Part shown: in pieces, positions 56,675 to 64,000 of the stretch | Layout of the letters: each line of letters starts with the position of its first letter | How positions within the stretch are numbered: position 1 is the stretch's first letter | Notes under the pieces: generated by a model | What the model saw: the letters and a program-made list of their open reading frames with translations, nothing else | The model's database searches: none | What the model was told of the DNA's origin: nothing | Program-made: the position numbers and the translations under genes | NCBI RefSeq assembly: GCF_009914755.1 | Contig: NC_060942.1 | DNA: 64,000 bases | DNA from: the human T2T-CHM13v2.0 reference genome, Homo sapiens | Strand: one strand, 5' to 3'

Positions 56675-57837
56675 AAATTTTATTTTGGAATAATTTTAAA
56701 TTTACAGAAATGTTGCAAATGTAATACAAATATTTTTAGTACACCTCACAAAGTTTTAGTTTCTCCTAATGGCATCTTATATGACAAAAACATGTTTTTT
56801 TTCTTAATCTAAGAAGCCCACATTGTTAACTCTAGACTTTGTTCAGATTTGGCCAGTTTTTCCACAAACATAAATTTTTCTATTGTGGGATCCAATCCAG
56901 GATACTGCATTGCATATAGTGATTATGTCTACTTAGCCTATTCTGGTTTCTCAGTTTTTCTTCATTGTTATTAGTTTAACAATTTTGATAAGTACTTCAG
57001 AAGTATTTTGTAGAATGTCTCCCAATTTCATTCAGTTTGAATTTCTCCGGATTCCTAACTCATAATCAGACTGGGTTACAGGTCTCTGCAAGGAATACCA
57101 CAGAAGTGATGTGCCCTTTTCTTCGCATCATATTAGGGGTTCATAATAGTCACATGGCATCAGTGATGACTTTAAACTTGGTCACTTGTTTATGATAGTG
57201 GGACACAGGTTTCACCATTGGAAAGGTACTCACTTTCTCTTTGGTCTTTAATAAATACAGCTCCCAGGCTGGGTGGAGACAACTAGCTGTATCTGCTGAA
57301 ATGGGAGTATTTATATGTCTTCATTGGGGTTCTTCCACAAAATTTGTATCTTCCCACATGCATTTGATAATTTATGTATATCAGTTCAGTATACATAATT
57401 CATTTAATAATTAATAATTGTGTTTTTACACTTTGGATTATAATCTAGTACTACGCTTATTATATTTTGTTGCAAAAATTGTTCCAGATTTGGCCACTGG
57501 GGACTTTTCAGCTGATTTCTGTGTCCCATTGATCTGACTCTATCCTCTTACTTCTGAGCACTTCCTTCTTGTTTCTACAAGATGCTCCAGGCTCATCTTG
57601 TGTTTTCCTCACCCAACCCTAGCATCAATTATTGCTCTGAGGAGAACTGGTTCCTTTTATTGGAAACTGGTATTTAGAAATCAATATCTGAGCATTGTGA
57701 GTGCTATTTGCTTTTGGAGTTCATTTCATCTAGGTGCTCTCAATAGAAACAACTAGATGTTTGTTATATGTATGTAATACCAATCCATTTTTATATGTAC
57801 ATATTTATAATTGTTTATTTACCCATGTATGTAAAGC

Positions 57838-57868
<31 letters not shown>

Positions 57869-58655
57869 TGCATGTGTGTGTTTGTAAGGTTATACTGATA
57901 TCTTCAACTCTCATCCTACATATGGTATTCTTTATGGCCTGGCTTTCTTGCTTATCTGGAACTTTCCTTCCTAGCAGTGAAAAGTCTGTAGTCCACCATC
58001 CATCATCTATTTACTTATTTATTCAGCCCCAGTATATATGAAAAGTAGTTCCAGAATTTGTAACCCTTGCACCTATGAAAAATAAATTTACCAACTAAAG
58101 TGTTTATGCATAGTTCATTTAGTCTTTTACATTGAAATTTGCAAACACCATTTTCTAAAGCTACTGATGTCAGCTTCTATTACTCTCACACCCCTTCCAT
58201 GCTGCTACACTACAAGTACAATGTGTTACAGTTCAATTCTTTTGTTGTAGTCTGCATTCCATCCTGAGATCCTCTGGCATCCTGGTCCATGGCTACTTTT
58301 GTTTATTTATTTTGAATAGTTTGTTTCATGATCTGTTTTCATTGGCTACATACATTAAAATTATCTCCTCGTGCTGTGCAGTTCTGTGTGTTTTGATAAA
58401 CACAAGGAGTCAAGGAGTCATGTATTCACCCCAATACCATACATGTCAGTTCCTTAATCCTAAATGTTCCTCTTTGCATCTACTCTGTAGTCAAGAACAC
58501 CCTCAACCTCTGACCTCGGCCTACCACTTACCTGCTTTCTGTACATATTATATGCCTTTCCTAGAATATTATATGAATGGAATCATGCAACGTGTAGCTT
58601 TCTGGGTCTAGTTTCTTTCACTTATCAAAATGCATTTAAGATTCATCCATATTGT
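56675..58655 (-). mobile_element. L1MD/L1MC-type long 3' UTR (contains a (TG)n run at about 57840-57880)
   Basis: tttattttggaataatttt..tttacagaaa, ggatccaatccaggatac, gaataccacagaagtgatgtgccct, ttgttccag..ttggcca, caagatgctccaggctcatcttg, cttatcaaaatgcatttaagattcatccat. Confidence 0.85.
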
Positions 58656-58824
58656 TGAAAGAGAGTTCCCATTTCTCCAAATCCTGGCTGACATCTGCAG
58701 TTTTATCAAGTATTAGCCACTCTAATAGGTGTGTAGTGTTACTTCATCTTGGTTTTAATTTGTATGTCTTTAAAAAAGACAAAATAATGTTTAGGTTTTT
58801 ATGTGTAATCCATGTCCTTTTTAT

Positions 58825-61800
58825 ACTTATTTTGATTTTTACAAGTACATAGTCAGTGTATACTTGGGATAAATTAGATATTTTGATACAGGCATGCAAT
58901 GTGTAATGAACACATCAGGGTAAACGGGCTATCCATTATCTCAAACATTTATCATTTCTTTGTGTTACAATCATTTCAATTATACTTTTTGGTTATTTTT
59001 AAATGTACAATAAATTATTACTGACTGTACTCACCCAGTTGTGCTATAAAATACCAGGTCTTATTCATTCTTTGTAACTATGTTTTTGGACTCATTAGCA
59101 TCCTCACATTTCTGCCCACTCACCACACCCTTCTTTTAGGAGTTCTAGTTTATTGGTATGTTGCTGCTCACAGTAATATCTAATGACACTTTAAATTTCT
59201 GCAGTATTAGTTGTAATATCTCCTTTTTCATCTGTGAATTTATTTATTTAGGTTACTCTCTTTTTTTTCTTAGTCTGGCTAAAAGTTTGTCAATTTTAGT
59301 TATCTTCTCAAAAAAACAACTTTTCATTTCATTGATCTTTTGTATTGTTTTTCAATTTCATTTATTTCTGCTCTGAGCTTTATTATTATTTTTAATTCTA
59401 CTAATGTTGGGTTTGGTTTGCTCTTGCTTTTCAAGTTCTTAGAGATGCATGGTTAGGTTGTTAATTTGATATTTTGCTACATTTTTGATGTACGTACTTA
59501 TTGCAATAAACTTGTCCCTTGCACTGATTTACAGATTTTGCATGTCCCATAGGTTTTTGTATGTTGTGTTTCCATTTTCATTTGTTTCAAGGAATTTTTA
59601 ATATTCTTTTTAATGTATTCATTGGCCTCCTTTCATTCAGGAGCATATTGTTTAATTTCCATATGTTTGCATAGTTTCCAAGTTTGCTCTTGTTATTTAT
59701 TCTTAGTTTTATCTTGTTGTGATCAGAGGAGACACTTAATATGGTTTCAATGTTTTTTAGATTTTTAAGACTTATTTTTTGACCTCACATATGATCTATC
59801 TTTGAGAATGATCCATGTGCTGAGGAGAAAAAATGTGTATTCTGTAGCTGTTGGGTGAAATATTCTGTAAATATCCTTTAGGTTCATTTGATCTATAATG
59901 CAGATTAGATCCAATGTTTTGTTGCTGATTTTCTGTCTGGATGATCTGTCCAGTGCTGATAGTGGGATGTTGAATACTCCAAGTATTATTGTAATAAGGT
60001 CTCTCTGTCTTTATTTCTAATAACATTTTCTGCATAAATCTGGGTACTGCAGTGTTGGATACGTATGTATTTACAATGGTTATATCCTGTTGCCGAATTC
60101 ATCTTTTTATCATTATATAATGAACTTGTTTGTCTCTTTTTACAATTTTTGACATAAAATCTATTTTTTAAATATAAGTATAGCTATCTTGTTCTTTTTT
60201 GTTTCCATTTGCATAAGATATCTTTTATTCGTCTCTTTATTTTCTGTGTATGTGTGTCTTTATAGGTAAAGTGTGTTTATTGTAGCAACCGATTGTTGGA
60301 TCTTCTTTATTTTTATCCATTTAGCTACTCTTTTGATTGGAGGATTTAGTTCCTTTACATTTAATGTTATTATTGATAAGTAAAGACATTACTCCCAATA
60401 AAATATGTTTTCTCATTGTTTTATGGTGTTCTTTTCTTCCTTCTGTTCTTCCTTTTTGTGAAAGTGAGGTAATATGTTTTCATTTCTATCTTTATTTTTT
60501 TTTCTGTATCTGTTTTCGGATTTTTGGTGTGATGTTACCATGACGCTGGCAGATAACATTTTATAACCCACTATTTTAAACTTATGATAATTCTGATTGC
60601 AAAACCAAACAGGCAAAGAGAGAAAAATAATAAAACTATCAAAACATTATATTGTAAATTCATCACCCCCTCTGCCACTTTGTAACTGTTTTCTCCATTT
60701 GTATCTTATTATACTATCTATGTCTTGTAAAGTTGTTGTAGTTAATTTTTGACAGGTTCATATTTACTCTTTCTACTGAAGACATGGGTACTTCACACAC
60801 CACAATTACATTGTTAGATTGTTCTGCATTTGTCTGTGTACTTATTGTTGCCAGTAAATTTTTATACCTTCAGATGATTTCTTATTGCTCATTAACATTC
60901 TTTTATTTCAAAATAAAGAACTCCCTTTACCATTTATTGTAGGACAAGTCTCATGGTATTGAAATCCCTTTTTGTTTGTCTGGGAAAGTCTTTATTTATC
61001 TTTCATGTCTGAAGGATATTTTCACGGCATACAATATTCTAGGATGAATGAGTTTTCCTTCAGCACTTTAATTATATCATGCCACTCTCTCCTGGCCTGT
61101 AAGGTTTCTACTGAAAAATATGCTGCCAGACATATAGAAGCTCATTATGTGTTACCTTTTTTTTTAAGTTGCTGCTTTTAGGATCCTTTCTTTATCCTTG
61201 ACTTTTGGGAGTTTGATTATTAGTGTCTTAAAGCTTGAGGTAGTCTTATTTGGGTTAAATATGCCTGGTTAAATATAACCTTGTACTTGAGTACTGGTAT
61301 TTTTCCCGTAGGTTTGGGAAGTTCTCTGTTATTAGTCCTTTGAATAAACTTTCTATCCCACCCTCTCTCTCTAGCCCTTCCTTAAGGCCAATAATTTTTA
61401 GATTTGCTCTTTTGAGACTATTTTCTAGATTATATAGGTTAGCTTCATTATTTTTATTTTTTCTTTCGACTTTCCTGACTATATTTCCAAATAACCTGTC
61501 TTGAAACTCATAAATTCTTTCTTCTGCTTGATCAATTCTGTTGCTGAGAGACTCCGATGCATTCTTCTGCATGTCAATTGAATTTTCTTCTTCCAGAATT
61601 TCTGCTGTATTCTTTTAAATTCTATCAATCTCTTTGTTAAACTTATCTGATATAATTCTGAATTCTGTGTTACCTTGGTTTTTATTGAGCTTCCTCAAAA
61701 CAGCTAATCTGAATTCTCTGTCGGAAAAGCCACATATCTCTATTTCTCCAGCATTGGTCACTGATACCTATTTACTTTTTTTGCTAAGGTCATGTTGTCC

Positions 61801-62030
61801 TGGACAGACTTGATGTTTGTGGATATTTGACAATGTCTAGGCAATGTCTGTGGAGTTATTTATTAAGGAGTTATGTATTTATTGTCATTTTCATACTCTA
61901 GGCTTGTTCATACCCGTTCTTCTCGATAAAGCTTTTCAATATTCCAAGAGAATTGAGTGTTATGATCTAAATTTTTGGCCACTGCACCCATATTTTCATA
62001 AGGAGGCACCCCAAAACCAGTAACACTGCG
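58825..62030 (-). mobile_element. L1MA/L1M2-type LINE-1: partial 5' UTR, decayed ORF1, N-terminal ORF2 (endonuclease region), joined to the 3' UTR end
   Basis: ORF 61255-61572 resembles ORF1p (SLSNRIDQAEERI..LENSLKRANLKIIGLKE..LITENFPNL); endonuclease-region antisense motifs (tctttgagaatgatccatgtgctgaggag, gatctgtccagtgctga); L1MA 3' end at 58825-59132. Confidence 0.9.
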
Positions 62031-62639
62031 AAAAAATTCAAACCATTTGGATGAGCTATAATTTCAATCACAAGTCTTTGTGAACTTAGAAATGTTTTCT
62101 TAGATGTTACAAACAGGTTTCTATCATTTACCAAAAAACAAAAGAAAGCAAGAAAAAAAAGCTCCTACTACCTGAGACTAAGAAACATAATATGATATTG
62201 TAAATCAGTCTATTATAATTAACCCAATTGTACAAGTAAATTATTGAAATTTCTTCGGTTCTAGCTGGGGGTTATTTATTTGTTTATGATTGTTTATGGT
62301 TACTATGTCCACCATGAGGTCTTAACATTTTTGCCTTTAATTCTTTCCATGGGTTTGAGCACAAAACTATATGGTGAATGATGTTGTGAGTATCTTACCC
62401 TTGCAATAATGCAGTCCTGTTTTTTCCCATATCATAAGAAGTCTGGTATTATTATTGGTATTTTGACTGAAATTATCATTTTCTCCCTTAATCATTTAAC
62501 AGATATGTACAAGTTGTAGATAGCAGATTAATTGCCTTTTATTCTGCTATTTTCTGAAGCCTCATATTTTTGCAATGAATTCTCCCTTAAATGTTTTACC
62601 TTTTATAAGGAGATTTTAAAGAATCTTTTGCTGGTTGTT

Positions 62640-63070
62640 ATCTATACTTAGATGCAAATACAAACTGTTTATTTACCATGGCCTACAAGACCTTACAGGT
62701 TTCACTCTTCCTACACTAATGTCCTCCTGAATCCTTTATCATCATGTTCCAACCCACGTTTCATTTCTATCTATCCTTCAACCTTCCAAGCTTATTCCCA
62801 AATCAGGGCCTTTATACAAACAAGATGTTCATTTTATATTGGAATGTAATTTTTGAAATATTCATATGGATTCTCAACAATCATTAACTGCTCAGTTGAC
62901 ATATCACCTTTTAGGGAGATAATTATTCCCCAAATCTGTTGTTAGGGTTGTTTCTTCAATTACAATGTAAGAAGGGCAGATTCATTGTCTTCATCATTTA
63001 CAACTGCATTTCTAGTACCTAGAATAAATTCTGATACATAGCAGGTTCTCCCTAAGTATTCTTAAATATA
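62640..63070 (+). mobile_element. L2 LINE 3' relic
   Basis: ccatggcctacaagacctt, cagggccttt, aatgtaag..gggcag, tctagtacctagaa..ctgatacatagcagg. Confidence 0.6.
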
Positions 63071-63169
63071 AAAATATTATGTCTTCCTAATTTGTTGAAA
63101 TTGTCAGAATTTCAAAACAGTAGTAATGGAAATTCCATTTTTAAATTTTCATTTTAGAAGAAAGACTTT

Positions 63170-63506
<337 letters not shown>

Positions 63507-64000
63507 TTAGATTTGTAAATAAGTATTAAAAGTACTTTTATAGAAACATTTTTCTATTTCTAGTGAGTTAACTTAATCTGTTCGGGCCCACTGTCTGTAC
63601 TTTGGCTTAAGGACTTGGTGTTATTCAGCGCCTATGAATCATTTCTGTGTTAGCAACACTGAGTGCTATCTGTAAAACACTAACAACATAGAGACATTCA
63701 AAAATACATAGATAATACTATTTCTGAAAGAAAATGAGTTCTACATATCTAACATCTGATTATTAGAACAAAACATTCACATACGGTATATATCTTTCTC
63801 TGATAATAAGCAGGGGTTATCAAGAAGAAAAAATTCACCAAAACACAGATGCATCTTGTATATTAAAGCTTCTTTTTTTAGAGACAAATTTATTTTAAGA
63901 TACAAGCCAATTGGCAATTGATACCAAAATGCCAAGTTTTTAAATTAACAAATAGTTATATTAGTATCGAGAATAATATATCCTAATGGAGATAAAGAAA

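Noticed and set aside
61255-61572. 105-aa ORF with a coiled-coil look
   Set aside because: Fragment of decayed L1 ORF1p with disrupted flanking frames; recorded under the L1, not as a CDS.
62230-62640. Possible mitochondrial insertion (T/G-skewed unique stretch)
   Set aside because: I could not match it to any mitochondrial gene on either strand.

Overview
This is AT-rich, CpG-depleted primate (human-like) nuclear DNA with an intergenic or deep-intronic character. I see no protein-coding gene. The ORFs I could trace are chance frames or translations of Alu, L1, LTR and microsatellite sequence; the only clearly recognisable peptide is a decayed L1 ORF1p piece at 61255-61572. The window is a layered record of transposable elements: 15 Alus, old L1MA/L1MC/L1ME pieces, L2/MIR relics, MaLR LTRs (MLT1, THE1), ERVL/ERV1 LTRs, an ERVL pol remnant and DNA transposons (Tigger3, MER58A, MER3). 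I cannot support a new biological system here. The most interesting signals are: (1) a 35-nt tailless U2 snRNA retrocopy with a target-site duplication (TSD); (2) two apparent locally templated insertions of about 85-105 bp, copied from 1.1-1.6 kb away into old repeats; (3) a ~125-nt fold-back inside an MLT1 LTR plus several short perfect hairpins; (4) a 20-bp palindrome made of two inverted E-boxes; and (5) a 52-nt candidate exon. Repeat subfamily names come from my recall of consensus sequences, not from a search, and boundaries of old repeats are approximate.
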